From: a virus
Length of the DNA: 52,423 nt
Virus record (IMG/VR): IMGVR_UViG_3300045988_112931
Location: 1 to 52,423 of that record
Direction: 5' to 3' (one strand)
The number at the start of each line of letters is the position of its first letter. Positions within the stretch are counted from its first letter, which is position 1. Below are positions 32,265-41,979 of the stretch, piece after piece. The position numbers and the translations under genes are program-made. The notes beneath the pieces are model-generated. The model saw nothing but the letters and a program-made list of their open reading frames with translations. It had not been told where the DNA came from and did not search any database.

Positions 32265-33887
32265 TTATGCTAATTGTTTGATTTTACGATTGTATATTTC
32301 TTCACATAGTGCTTCGCACCACTTCCTGGCAATAGTCACTTCAACTGCGTTGCCGATGAATTTCTTTTGGTCTGCCTGTGTGCCAATAAGTTCGTAGTCT
32401 TTCGGGAAACCCATTATCAGCTTCAGTTCATCAATCTTCAGCATACGCATAGTGATGTCTATGATGTTGTAAAGTGCCATAAATTCTTTGATTTTGACAG
32501 TCATAGGACTGTCTGTTTCATAGACTTCAATAGCGACTTCGCCGGTTTCAGTCGTGACAAGATATGGCGGCATTTTATCCATTCTTGCGATGAGCGTGAA
32601 ACACGGTTTATCGACAGAACCGCCATTTGACGCAAAATGTGGGTTCATCAAGTAGTGCTGCTTCACGGTGACAAGTTTCTGCTTCGGGTTCGTCAGCACA
32701 GCCGGGTTGGGCTGTTCGATGCTTGAAAGCTGACCACCGCCCGAATACTCATTTGCGATGAAACTGCAAGATGCAACACCAATTTGACCTACCGTGCATA
32801 TCGTTTGTGCTGGGTCTTCAATAGAATGACCTGTATTATTGAAGCGATAGTTTACAATAAATTGCGCTTTCACAAATGCGTGGTGGTCAATAGTCGTTAT
32901 TGTTCCTGCCGGTTCTTCGACAGACACGTTCTTGCTGTCAGGCTGACCGCTGAATTGCTTTGACAGAAAAGACACTGATGCAAGTGCAAGACGCTGTTGT
33001 GTCGCGATAGTGGGGCAGGGTTCATCAAGTGACGGCGGCACATACTTTCCGCGTTGGTTCATCGAATTGTATTTCACCATAAAGGCATCTTTGCCACCTG
33101 CGACAAACTTAATCAGTCCGGCATATATGCGTTCAAGCGTTTTTTCTGCAAGCGGTTTCTTTCGGTTGAAGATTGATTTGCCTTCATCTTCAAAGTCAAG
33201 AACTTCACGCACTGGCTTCCACTTCGGCATTGTGCCGAACAAACTTGCTGCACCTGTCTTGCAATGTGTCTGTTTCGGGAACACAACCGGCAGACCATTC
33301 TTCGCAAAGATGCCGAAGAAGCGTTTGCGCGATGTGTATGCGCCGAAGTCTGCTGCGTTCAGTATGCGATGCGTGAAGTTGTAGCCGTATTTCTTCACGT
33401 TGTTCACCCACTTGATATATGACTTGCCACGGTCTTTTGACACCGGCTTTCCGTTTTCATCAAGTTCACCCCACGACATAAATTCTTCGACATTCTCGAT
33501 TTGAATATAATCGGGGTCTATTGCTTCGATGTATCTGAAAAGATGTTCTGCAAGTGTCCGGCTGTCTGCGTCACGTGGCTGACCGCCTTTTGCACGGCTG
33601 AAGTTCGTACATTCAAGCGATGCCCATAGCACAACAAGTGCGTCAGGGTTCTTCGTGCGACACTTCTGAAGATGATGCACAAGTGGTGACAGTTCAAGCG
33701 TTCTGATGTCTTCTGTGAAGTGAAGCGCGTCCGGATGATTTGCAGCGTGTGACGCAATGGCATTCGCATCGTGATTGACACACGCAATGACTTCTGCGCA
33801 CTGTTCGCCATGAAGACGCGCTGTGTTCACGCCGGTAGAAGTTCCACCGGCACCGCAAAAAAGGTCTATGTATAATAACTTTTTCAT
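32265..33887 (-). CDS. dcm: DNA (cytosine-5)-methyltransferase
   Basis: Motif I DLFCGAGG, a catalytic-region variant WASLECTNFSRAKGG, ENV motif IQIENVEEF, and C-terminal FIGNAV. At 540 aa it implies a large target-recognition region. Confidence 0.85.
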   Translation of the reverse strand: MKKLLYIDLFCGAGGTSTGVNTARLHGEQCAEVIACVNHDANAIASHAANHPDALHFTEDIRTLELSPLVHHLQKCRTKNPDALVVLWASLECTNFSRAKGGQPRDADSRTLAEHLFRYIEAIDPDYIQIENVEEFMSWGELDENGKPVSKDRGKSYIKWVNNVKKYGYNFTHRILNAADFGAYTSRKRFFGIFAKNGLPVVFPKQTHCKTGAASLFGTMPKWKPVREVLDFEDEGKSIFNRKKPLAEKTLERIYAGLIKFVAGGKDAFMVKYNSMNQRGKYVPPSLDEPCPTIATQQRLALASVSFLSKQFSGQPDSKNVSVEEPAGTITTIDHHAFVKAQFIVNYRFNNTGHSIEDPAQTICTVGQIGVASCSFIANEYSGGGQLSSIEQPNPAVLTNPKQKLVTVKQHYLMNPHFASNGGSVDKPCFTLIARMDKMPPYLVTTETGEVAIEVYETDSPMTVKIKEFMALYNIIDITMRMLKIDELKLIMGFPKDYELIGTQADQKKFIGNAVEVTIARKWCEALCEEIYNRKIKQLA

Positions 33888-33891
33888 TTCA

Positions 33892-34551
33892 CTATCTTGT
33901 TAGGCATTCATTAAACGCCTTTTCAAACACATCCGGACTTAACATTTTATTGGCAATAGCTTGAAATGCCGTAGATATAGCAGGTATATCGTTCAAATTA
34001 ATGCTTACATCCTTTGGGGTTAGATTATCCGTTATCATTCTTGCGTAAAACATGGCTTTGTCAATAGACAGCCAAGCCAAAGGATTCACAGCTATTGGGA
34101 CCAATTTTCGCATTGATATGTAAAAATCACGTATTGTAATCTTGGATGTTTGGCATAACATATCAATAGTAGAAGCGATTGATATTAGATGGTTCAGTTC
34201 TCCTGAACATCCATTATTTAAAAGCGTCTGACTTATGGCAAACCCGTATTTGTCGATATGAGGTTTAATATCGTCTTCCATGCTTTGCGTTATAACCGCA
34301 AGCGTTTCAACATTGACATTCGCAATCCTGCAAATGTTTGTATTGTACGATTCCATGAATCTTTTCAATTCGTTTATGTTCTTCTTTACTCCACGCCTGT
34401 AGTATGGAGTATTACGGCAACTATCGTAAATATTAAGTGCGTAATTATAAACTTGATCATTTACGAAGAGGACAATGTAAGTCAATGAAGTAACAAGTCC
34501 GTCTGTGTCTTTGTCTATTTCTTCCCAATTATTGTATTGTTTCATAATCAT
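33892..34551 (-). CDS. Hypothetical protein
   Basis: 219-aa ORF between the two methyltransferase genes. Confidence 0.5.
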   Translation of the reverse strand: MIMKQYNNWEEIDKDTDGLVTSLTYIVLFVNDQVYNYALNIYDSCRNTPYYRRGVKKNINELKRFMESYNTNICRIANVNVETLAVITQSMEDDIKPHIDKYGFAISQTLLNNGCSGELNHLISIASTIDMLCQTSKITIRDFYISMRKLVPIAVNPLAWLSIDKAMFYARMITDNLTPKDVSINLNDIPAISTAFQAIANKMLSPDVFEKAFNECLTR

Positions 34552-37055
34552 ATAGCCATTAAATCAAACAATGTAGGAGCACTTACTTCGTTCTCCGCTT
34601 CCCGCAGATAAGAAAGCCCGTCTTTCCAATAATCATAATTGAGTTCTGTTGAAAGTCCCCTACGACCCAACTTGATAGCACAATAAGGGACAGTACCGAT
34701 ACCTCCGAACGGGTCAAATACCAATTCTCCTTTGTTCGAGTACCGTTCAATCAGCCTTTCAACGATATCTAACTGAAGAGGACAAATATGATTTTGTCGT
34801 TTCTTTTGTGATTGCTTTGTGTTAAGCGTTCGCATACGAATTACATCATCCCATATCCAATCTTTTTTACTCACAGGATCAACGGCCATAAATGTTTTGG
34901 GCAACTTTCCGTATGCTTCTAACTCTTCCGCAAAAGACACGTGTTCTTCATAATTGTAGATATGCTCACGTTCGTAGTTACGGAACAAATGCCGAATCTT
35001 ATCTATTCCAGCACCTTTCATATCTTCGTATGACAACAATGAATTGCCGGAAGACTTCCAACTTGCATGGGCATCGATCTGCCAACGGGCCAGCGAGTAT
35101 TCGCTCTTATCCTTCTTAACAGGCCGGTCGGCATAAGCACGTGAGGTATCGGTAGGCAACTTGCGAAATAGCAATACATATTCAGGGCATCCGACTCCCA
35201 TCTTGGAACCATCCTTGCACATCTCGGTATAGCCCAAACGGTAGGTCTGGTTGTTTTCCCTCACCACGTCAGTATCGACCGTAATGCGCCCCATATATCG
35301 GAAGCCATGCTTCATGTAATGAAATACTGTCATTTCGCTGAACGGGTCAATAGTTGGCATACCGTCCCCCGTGGCGTTGCCGAACAAAACACGATCTTTC
35401 ACATGGATGCAGGCCAACCGACCCGGTTTCAAAATGCGCATTAACTCTGGTGTAAGATAATCCATCTGTTCAAAGAACTTATCGTTATCTTCATTGTGCC
35501 CAAAGTCATTGTATGTAGGCGTGTATTCGTAATGATTTGAGAACGGGATACTGGTTACGATCAGATCTACAGAGTTACTTTCCATCTTCTGACATTCCAA
35601 TACATTATCGTTATTGATTGCTTTCCACAACTTTCCGGATTTTTCTTCCCGACTGGCGAACATCCAGCGCATCATCTTTTCCTCGGCCTGCAAACCGAAC
35701 AAACCGTTATGCCGGACAATATCAGTCATATTTGCGACCATTTCCCGGTGTTGTGCCCATTTCTGCATGAAGCTCTTAAATATTTCACCCTCGCTTTCGG
35801 CATAGACCAGATAGAGATCAACGGGATGCTGCTGCATAAAGCGGTATATACGGGCTATCGCTTGGAACTTATCGTTGAAGCGGTAGTCAATGAACATGAT
35901 TGCTTTATGACAATGATACTGGAAGTTCAGACCTTCACCAAGCATCTCCGGTTTAGCTGCAAGGTATTTCAGCCGGCCATCTTTGAAGTCGGATATTACC
36001 TTGTCGGCTTCTTCATCGTCTTGTGAACCATAGACAGCCTTACAACCTGGAATCGCTTTGCATAGTTCCAGCCGTTCAGCTTCCAAGTCATGCCATAAAA
36101 GGAAATGGTCGTCCTTGTTTTCCGGGCGATTGATTATCTCTACCACACGGGCAATCTTTTCCTGCATGTTATCTCGGCGTTCTTTTGCCGCGTCAGCAAG
36201 TCCGAGAGCAGCCTCACGAAACATTTTCACCTGTCCGTCACGATCAGCTCCAGCCGTAGAATTGTCCACATTCACAATCTCTTCATGTACACGGAGTTCA
36301 GGCAACTCATAGCCAGTATCCGGATAACCGAGGTCGGAAGGCTTGGTTAGGAACAACGCCCATGTAGATACCCACAACCAAAATTCTTTTTCCTTATGCG
36401 GATAAAGTGTCAAGTTATTCGCTTTCGTGCTGTCTCGCTGAAAGAATCGAGTAAGAGCCTGTCCGGTGTCCATCACACCAAGATAACCAGCATAATGTAT
36501 AAGTTCCTTGTATCTGTTTGGCGAAGGTGTAGCCGTAGCGACAAACCTGTAAGGGACACCCGAGAACAACGGTAGAAACTCCTGATAGGTCTTGGTGCCG
36601 AATCCGCGCAACACGCTGGCTTCATCCAATGATGTTGCAGTAAAATAGGACGGATCTATTCTCACTCCATCCTCACCATCACGCACACGTTCGTAGTTTG
36701 TTACCATGATGTCGGTAGGACATATCATCACATCTGCCATAGTTCGGACATAGGTTACTTTCATGTGCAAGTGTTGTTCCGCTTGTGTTAGGAACTCGAC
36801 TACCACACGCTTAGGGCAAATGATCAATCCCTTGCCTCCTTTATGGTTCAAGATTACCCGAAGTATTTCCAGCTGGGTGACTGTCTTTTGCATACCGAAG
36901 CTGGAGAATATAGCACGGCATCCACCGGCAACCGCCCAACGAACGGTATCTTTTACATGAGGGTATAATGTCGGGGTAATTTCTTCCGAATTAATATAAA
37001 ACCCCGTTTGATGACTGATAGCCATCTTGTTTCTTAGAAATTCTATATATTCCAT
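34548..37055 (-). CDS. SNF2/DEAD-like helicase fused to an N6/N4 DNA methyltransferase
   Basis: 835 aa. The helicase part has LDEASVL (DEAx box) and ATATPSPN (motif III). The methylase part has TSIPFSN (a DPPY-type motif IV variant) and VFDPFGGIGT (motif I). Confidence 0.8.
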   Translation of the reverse strand: MEYIEFLRNKMAISHQTGFYINSEEITPTLYPHVKDTVRWAVAGGCRAIFSSFGMQKTVTQLEILRVILNHKGGKGLIICPKRVVVEFLTQAEQHLHMKVTYVRTMADVMICPTDIMVTNYERVRDGEDGVRIDPSYFTATSLDEASVLRGFGTKTYQEFLPLFSGVPYRFVATATPSPNRYKELIHYAGYLGVMDTGQALTRFFQRDSTKANNLTLYPHKEKEFWLWVSTWALFLTKPSDLGYPDTGYELPELRVHEEIVNVDNSTAGADRDGQVKMFREAALGLADAAKERRDNMQEKIARVVEIINRPENKDDHFLLWHDLEAERLELCKAIPGCKAVYGSQDDEEADKVISDFKDGRLKYLAAKPEMLGEGLNFQYHCHKAIMFIDYRFNDKFQAIARIYRFMQQHPVDLYLVYAESEGEIFKSFMQKWAQHREMVANMTDIVRHNGLFGLQAEEKMMRWMFASREEKSGKLWKAINNDNVLECQKMESNSVDLIVTSIPFSNHYEYTPTYNDFGHNEDNDKFFEQMDYLTPELMRILKPGRLACIHVKDRVLFGNATGDGMPTIDPFSEMTVFHYMKHGFRYMGRITVDTDVVRENNQTYRLGYTEMCKDGSKMGVGCPEYVLLFRKLPTDTSRAYADRPVKKDKSEYSLARWQIDAHASWKSSGNSLLSYEDMKGAGIDKIRHLFRNYEREHIYNYEEHVSFAEELEAYGKLPKTFMAVDPVSKKDWIWDDVIRMRTLNTKQSQKKRQNHICPLQLDIVERLIERYSNKGELVFDPFGGIGTVPYCAIKLGRRGLSTELNYDYWKDGLSYLREAENEVSAPTLFDLMAI

Positions 37056-37066
37056 GATAATTTTAA

Positions 37067-37309
37067 TTATTTCAATTTTGTATCCACCTCCTCAAACACC
37101 ACACTCTCACTATCCGGCCTATATTTGGCAAAACAAGCCGTCATATACTTGCAACTATTCGCACCACCCTTGCTACGGAAAACGCATTCGCGACAAATTA
37201 CCATTTTACCCTTTACGATAGCTCGGAAACGCTTTATTATCAGTGTCCGATCTGCGAAGTTTACAATGGTGCCAATAGGTGCTATTCTTAACTTTTCTAC
37301 TGTTTTCAT
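37067..37309 (-). CDS. Small Cys-containing protein
   Basis: 80-aa ORF (VICRECVFRSKGGANSCKYMTACF). Confidence 0.45.
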   Translation of the reverse strand: MKTVEKLRIAPIGTIVNFADRTLIIKRFRAIVKGKMVICRECVFRSKGGANSCKYMTACFAKYRPDSESVVFEEVDTKLK

Positions 37310-37322
37310 TTTCTTAGCTTGA

Positions 37323-37880
37323 TTATTCTGATTCCATAATCTTTTTCAGAAACTCCAAATGATCCGGAAATGGTACGGAGTTCTTGTCTTGCTTCTCGTA
37401 TCTTTTTTCTCGTTGTCTTTCCTGTTCTTCCCGGTCGTATTTCTCCAGTTGCCTTTTTCTGTATGCTTTGAACTCAATTAGAGCAGACATGATCACCATA
37501 GGATCCACAACACCGTAAAAGGTGCCATATTCGCCAGTTTTCAACTTGAAGAAAAAAAGCAACAATTCGGAAGCTTTCAGGTAATAGTATTCCACACGTA
37601 TCATCACGGAAAGCTCCAAAACCTGTTGGAATGTAGGCTTCTCTTTTACACCGGCAAACTTGTACAAGTCCATCAGTTGAGCAATTATCCAAGTATTCAC
37701 CTGTTCATCTGGATAGGTTTCTCCGAGCAAAGCCAATGAAGGCGCATTCCCCTTGAACGAACGTTCCACATTTTGAGCACATACAACCTGTAATGAAGGA
37801 TTGAACTTTTTAGCGAAACTTTCACCGTCCCCGTATCTATTTACTACTAACCGTGTCCTTTCCGAAAGCTTTTGCGGCAT
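37323..37880 (-). CDS. Hypothetical replication-module protein (start uncertain)
   Basis: The ORF track start at 37967 would overlap the upstream gene by 131 nt. The internal ATG at 37880 (MPQKLSER...) reduces the overlap to 44 nt. Confidence 0.45.
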   Translation of the reverse strand: MPQKLSERTRLVVNRYGDGESFAKKFNPSLQVVCAQNVERSFKGNAPSLALLGETYPDEQVNTWIIAQLMDLYKFAGVKEKPTFQQVLELSVMIRVEYYYLKASELLLFFFKLKTGEYGTFYGVVDPMVIMSALIEFKAYRKRQLEKYDREEQERQREKRYEKQDKNSVPFPDHLEFLKKIMESE

Positions 37881-38766
37881 ATTCGAGGATTTCACGGTCT
37901 GTTTGTTCCTCTCGTGATTTTGCCCCGTTTGGAATTGCCGGATAGTTTCTGCTATTCTTGTTGTCATAATTACCTGATATTACTTTCTCAAAATTCGTTG
38001 GTTTGATAAGCCAATCGAAAGATGCTGTCCAGCCTTTTTTGTTCTGACCTTTCAAGAAATCGCTTTGATATGCCCTATGAATCATGTCGGCAAACGTCTT
38101 TTTGCCATAAGATTTTATACGTGCGTTAATCATCCCTTTACGGCTATCAGAAAGCGGAGTCCTGACCGTACCAAATACACCTTTTGTTTCCTCATTGAAG
38201 AATTTGACAAGTTCGGAGTAGTCGATATGTTCGGCGTGGGGCTGCGAAGTCCCACATACAAGAGATTCGTTAGAATCTCCTATATTATTTTCTTTTCTTT
38301 TCTTTCCTTTACTTGCTATTGTTTTTTCGACTTTTGCTATAGCATTGCTATCGTTTTCCGTAGCATTTGCTATAAATTCCGTAGCATTTGCTATTTCTGA
38401 CTCTTTTTTCCCCCATCTCTTAGCGACACCTTTCTTTCCAGCCTCGGATCGTTTCTTCGATTTATCGTCTTTGTATCCCATTCTTTTCTTGAAGCTTTCG
38501 GAGTAGAAGTACTTACCATCCTCGGTAAAGACAAATAACCCAAAATCTTCAATCACGGATTTAATTAAGGAAGCATCTTCACGAAGGTCAAAAGCTATCA
38601 TGTTATAATCTTTGACACTCATGTATTCTGGCTCCTCTCTAAGACGTTCTAAAATCATGAAGAACACTCCATATCCGGATGCCTTATGCCTCATTCGTAA
38701 GCGTATCAGCTTGTCTGAGTTCCTAGCGTTGCTGTCGTGGGGGAAATAACTCGTTAGCTCTTTCAT
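37837..38766 (-). CDS. DUF4373 (Lin1244/Lin1753-like) replication initiation/organiser protein
   Basis: YFPHDSNARNSDKLIRLRMRHKASGYGVFFMILERL matches the DUF4373 N-terminal signature common in Bacteroidales phages. I prefer the ATG at 38766. Confidence 0.7.
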   Translation of the reverse strand: MKELTSYFPHDSNARNSDKLIRLRMRHKASGYGVFFMILERLREEPEYMSVKDYNMIAFDLREDASLIKSVIEDFGLFVFTEDGKYFYSESFKKRMGYKDDKSKKRSEAGKKGVAKRWGKKESEIANATEFIANATENDSNAIAKVEKTIASKGKKRKENNIGDSNESLVCGTSQPHAEHIDYSELVKFFNEETKGVFGTVRTPLSDSRKGMINARIKSYGKKTFADMIHRAYQSDFLKGQNKKGWTASFDWLIKPTNFEKVISGNYDNKNSRNYPAIPNGAKSREEQTDREILEYAAKAFGKDTVSSK

Positions 38767-38768
38767 AA

Positions 38769-38936
38769 TCAAATCGCATAATCACAGTTTCGTTTGCTGT
38801 CGGCAACGAAACGCCTGTTGAAAAAACTACATAGAACCACTTTGGGATTCCCCATTGATACCTTGACTGGCTTCCCTCTCTTACATTTTGAGCAGGTATC
38901 CGGACGGATGGCCTGTCGTTCGTTCTTCTTTACCAT
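38769..38936 (-). CDS. Possible 55-aa Cys-rich protein (not in the ORF track)
   Basis: Hand translation gives MVKKNERQAIRPDTCSKCKRGKPVKVSMGNPKVVLCSFFNRRFVADSKRNCDYAI*. It fills the 168-nt gap exactly, and its stop lies 3 nt before the next ATG. Confidence 0.35.
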   Translation of the reverse strand: MVKKNERQAIRPDTCSKCKRGKPVKVSMGNPKVVLCSFFNRRFVADSKRNCDYAI

Positions 38937-38940
38937 ATCT

Positions 38941-40113
38941 TTAGAATCTTACGTTTGTCAATTGTCTTCCTCTTGAAAACACAGCCCACTTTCCGTTACC
39001 CGTGTCTTTCAAATGCAAATCGGAAACTTCACCGAAACGGTTGATGTTACCGCATAAATCCACAAACCATGCGGCTTCCTTATCTTTATGAGGACGGATG
39101 CAACGACCTACAATCTGGTAATACATCGCAAGTGACATGGTAGGTCTGGCCATAACAACTGTGTCAAGTTCTGGGTAATCAAAGCCGGTAGTAAGTACAC
39201 CAACATTGGCTACTACAGGTATTTCCCCGACCTTGAACATTTCGAGTATTCTTTCACGTTCCTTCTTTGGAGTATCACCGGAAACAATGACACATCCGGG
39301 TATGGACATCGTCAATCGTTCCGCTTCTTTCAAAAACCGGGTAAATACCAAAATACCCTTCCTCTTGCCTCCTGCTTTCGGATTCATCAGCCTTTGGACG
39401 ATATGAACGATGTAACTATAAAAGTCTATCCGTTCATATTCCTTTTGGACTGACTTATCGGTATAGTCGGCTCCGGTAGTGTTTATCTTCAAATTGAGTT
39501 CGTTCCATCCGGTAGGATTCATCGGATAGTAGTTCACCTTTGAGAGATAGCCCATATCAAGCAAGGTCGATACCTGTACATGATAAATGACCTCTGAAAA
39601 CACATGGGGCTTTGTCCGGGTTATGAATTTTAGCATAGAGCCGAAGTCACGGCTGGAACTCAAACGATATGGCGTTGCCGTTAATCCAAGAACCTTACAC
39701 TTCACAGCATCGAAGAAATCCTTGTACATTCCCTCTATCGGATTCACAAGGTGACACTCGTCCACGATGATATTCTTGAAGTGGGCAAAAAGTTCCGGAT
39801 GGCTTTTCACGCTACCGATGGTTGCGAATGTTATCCGGCTTATCTCTTTTGAATTGAAGGAGGCGGAATAAATGCTACAATCGAGAATCCCGTAAGAACA
39901 AAGTTTCTTGAAGTTCTGTTCAAGAATTTCCTTGCTCGGCTGGAATACCAATGTATGACCGTCAAGTCTTGAAGCGATGTCAGCTATGATAAGGCTCTTT
40001 CCGCTTCCTGTAGGCAATACCATGATAGCATTTGTTTTCTTCGCCTTGTTATTGAAGAAAGAAACGGCAGCATCAGAGGCTTTCTGTTGGTAATCTCGTA
40101 ATACATAACTCAT
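38941..40113 (-). CDS. Superfamily 2 DEAD/DEAH-box DNA helicase
   Basis: Walker A LPTGSGKS, DECH box (IIVDECHLV), motif III GLTATPYR, motif VI QIVGRCIR. Confidence 0.9.
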   Translation of the reverse strand: MSYVLRDYQQKASDAAVSFFNNKAKKTNAIMVLPTGSGKSLIIADIASRLDGHTLVFQPSKEILEQNFKKLCSYGILDCSIYSASFNSKEISRITFATIGSVKSHPELFAHFKNIIVDECHLVNPIEGMYKDFFDAVKCKVLGLTATPYRLSSSRDFGSMLKFITRTKPHVFSEVIYHVQVSTLLDMGYLSKVNYYPMNPTGWNELNLKINTTGADYTDKSVQKEYERIDFYSYIVHIVQRLMNPKAGGKRKGILVFTRFLKEAERLTMSIPGCVIVSGDTPKKERERILEMFKVGEIPVVANVGVLTTGFDYPELDTVVMARPTMSLAMYYQIVGRCIRPHKDKEAAWFVDLCGNINRFGEVSDLHLKDTGNGKWAVFSRGRQLTNVRF

Positions 40114-40589
40114 AGCCCTTTCTCCTTTCGTAACTTCTTATTAAGTGCTTTGTAATACTTGATTAATTGTTCGTACTCAAAATCAGTCATTTTAGTAGTA
40201 CCAGCAGCTTTCACTTTTAGTAAAGCAAATTTCTGTTGTCCGATTTTAGCAATTAGATTCACCCGATAGCCTTCCAAATGGTCGGCTTTGAACCTGTTGC
40301 AGTGCCGGCATTCGGCATGGCAATTATTCTCATCAAACCGTGTTGCCAAATGTGTACGACTGAAATAGTGCCCGCAGTCCGCTTGTGTAAACGGCTTTAT
40401 CTGTCCGCACGAGATACATCTAAAATACCCGTTTGGCATTGCATCACGAAGCCGGATAAAAAGGGAAAACTCTTTGTCGAGCTTAGCTTTCAAATCCGGC
40501 TTCTTTTTCACTGTTACCCCCGCTTTATCAAACAGAGGTAAAGGCTTGTCTTTCTTCTTAGCCTTTGTTCGTTTTATGTAGTACGGCAT
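40110..40589 (-). CDS. ninG: NinG-like recombination protein
   Basis: FSLFIRLRD...CISCG...CGHYFSR...CHAECRHCN fits the NinG Cys/His pattern. Confidence 0.7.
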   Translation of the reverse strand: MPYYIKRTKAKKKDKPLPLFDKAGVTVKKKPDLKAKLDKEFSLFIRLRDAMPNGYFRCISCGQIKPFTQADCGHYFSRTHLATRFDENNCHAECRHCNRFKADHLEGYRVNLIAKIGQQKFALLKVKAAGTTKMTDFEYEQLIKYYKALNKKLRKEKGL

Positions 40590-40590
40590 A

Positions 40591-40845
40591 TTATTCTTTT
40601 AGTTCAACTCCCAAGCATAATACTTTGTCAGACACACCTACATCATCAAATTCAAGTTCTGAATAACTTGTTTCGTATGGATAAGGATATATCTTACCGT
40701 ACTTTTTATGCAACTTAATTATGTCTTCATCCGTCAATTTGCGTCTGATACGCATCTCGATTTCGTAGTCATCGGAAAGATTCTCAATAACCTTTCTAAG
40801 CTGACCTACTGTCTTAATTTTGTCTATTCTCATAATCTTTCCCAA
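40591..40845 (-). CDS. Hypothetical protein
   Basis: 84-aa ORF. Confidence 0.5.
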   Translation of the reverse strand: MGKIMRIDKIKTVGQLRKVIENLSDDYEIEMRIRRKLTDEDIIKLHKKYGKIYPYPYETSYSELEFDDVGVSDKVLCLGVELKE

Positions 40846-40925
40846 TTAAAAGCCCCGAAGCGTATTCTCCGGGGCACAACCATTATTTACTAACCCTTGC
40901 CATTTATGTGTGGCTCACATTTATG

Positions 40926-41089
40926 TGGAGATGGGGCGATTCGAACACCCAATTAAGGACTTATCCTTTTGCGCTACTTCTAAGGTTAATTACTCCTTAT
41001 ATCTCACGTACCGTACTTTCTACCATGTGCACCTCTCGAAAGTCAAAAGCACTCCACTGCGCACCCCCATTTTCGCCCGCCCCATCTTC
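40926..41089 (-). ncRNA. Candidate structured RNA of about 164 nt with a tRNA-like 3' end
   Basis: It lies in a 270-nt coding gap. The 5' GAAGATGGGGCG pairs with the 3' CGCCCCATCTCC (12 bp, 1 mismatch). The 3' part reads GGGTG-TTCGAAT-CGCCC-CATCTCC-A, which looks like a T-arm plus acceptor. Internal stems: ACTTTC/GAAAGT, TAAGG/CCTTA, AAGGA/TCCTT, TGCGC/GCGCA. Confidence 0.4.
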
Positions 41090-41116
41090 ACAGACCGGAC
41101 AGGCAGGTTAACAAAG

Positions 41117-41977
41117 TTATTCCATATAAGCCATTGAAAACTCTTTCGGAATAAACCGCCCGACCGGGATAGGTTTAGCAGATTCAATGGCTGTATGGAT
41201 TTCCCTCTTTCTGAACTCATGTCCCTTTTCTTTGGCTTGTTTCTCACATTCTTCCTCTTTGTTTTTGAGATAGTGGGTAATAAGCATCATCGCTCTGTCA
41301 ACGTTGAAGGTGTTCACGACAAAAGTCTGAACTCTCTCGTCTTCATTCTCCCCATCCGTGAATGTGATTTTCGTCTCAATCTGATAGAATTTCTTTTCAT
41401 TGGGCTTGGAATCTCCCTCTTCTTCATCTTCTTCCGTTACAGAATCGTTTAAAAGGAATGTATCTTTTAATTCTTCGAGGGTGGCATCATCTACCTTGCG
41501 TTCTTTCAAATTATCAGTAAGAATCACACAAGAATCGAACTCCTTGACCATTGTCAAGGTGAATCCGAACATATAGTTTAGTTCGATGTAATCTTTCAAG
41601 ATACTACAAGAATTTTCCAATCCGGTGGCATACAGCAGGAACTTATGTTTCTTGTCCCCTATTTGTGCCTGTGCAAGATAGGGATATAAGAATTTGTTCT
41701 CGTTCTCGAATGCCAAGCGGTTCTGGTTGCTGACTTCCACTTCCTTAATGCCGTCAGCTTCCATACTGAAACGAATTTTCGCCAAAGTGTCTTGGTCTAT
41801 CAGCGTGCCACGGTCAAAAAGAATTTCATTCCGTTCGATGGTTACTGTTTCACCTGTATCTTCATCAATGAAAGATTCCTCCCATGTTTTGAGGACACGT
41901 TTTGCAAGGTACATGTTGAGCATCTTCTTTGGGTCAGATGTCACATACCGGATTTCTGTTTTTCTTGTTTCTATCAT
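41117..41977 (-). CDS. Hypothetical protein with an acidic central linker
   Basis: 286-aa ORF. There may be two related halves. No firm motif recognised. Confidence 0.55.
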   Translation of the reverse strand: MIETRKTEIRYVTSDPKKMLNMYLAKRVLKTWEESFIDEDTGETVTIERNEILFDRGTLIDQDTLAKIRFSMEADGIKEVEVSNQNRLAFENENKFLYPYLAQAQIGDKKHKFLLYATGLENSCSILKDYIELNYMFGFTLTMVKEFDSCVILTDNLKERKVDDATLEELKDTFLLNDSVTEEDEEEGDSKPNEKKFYQIETKITFTDGENEDERVQTFVVNTFNVDRAMMLITHYLKNKEEECEKQAKEKGHEFRKREIHTAIESAKPIPVGRFIPKEFSMAYME

Positions 41978-41979
41978 AA

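Noticed and set aside
40926-41089. tmRNA (ssrA) or an intron-containing tRNA
   Set aside because: At about 164 nt it is far shorter than a tmRNA, and I saw no tag reading frame ending in a stop within a pseudoknot context. I saw no group I intron-like core and no anticodon arm.
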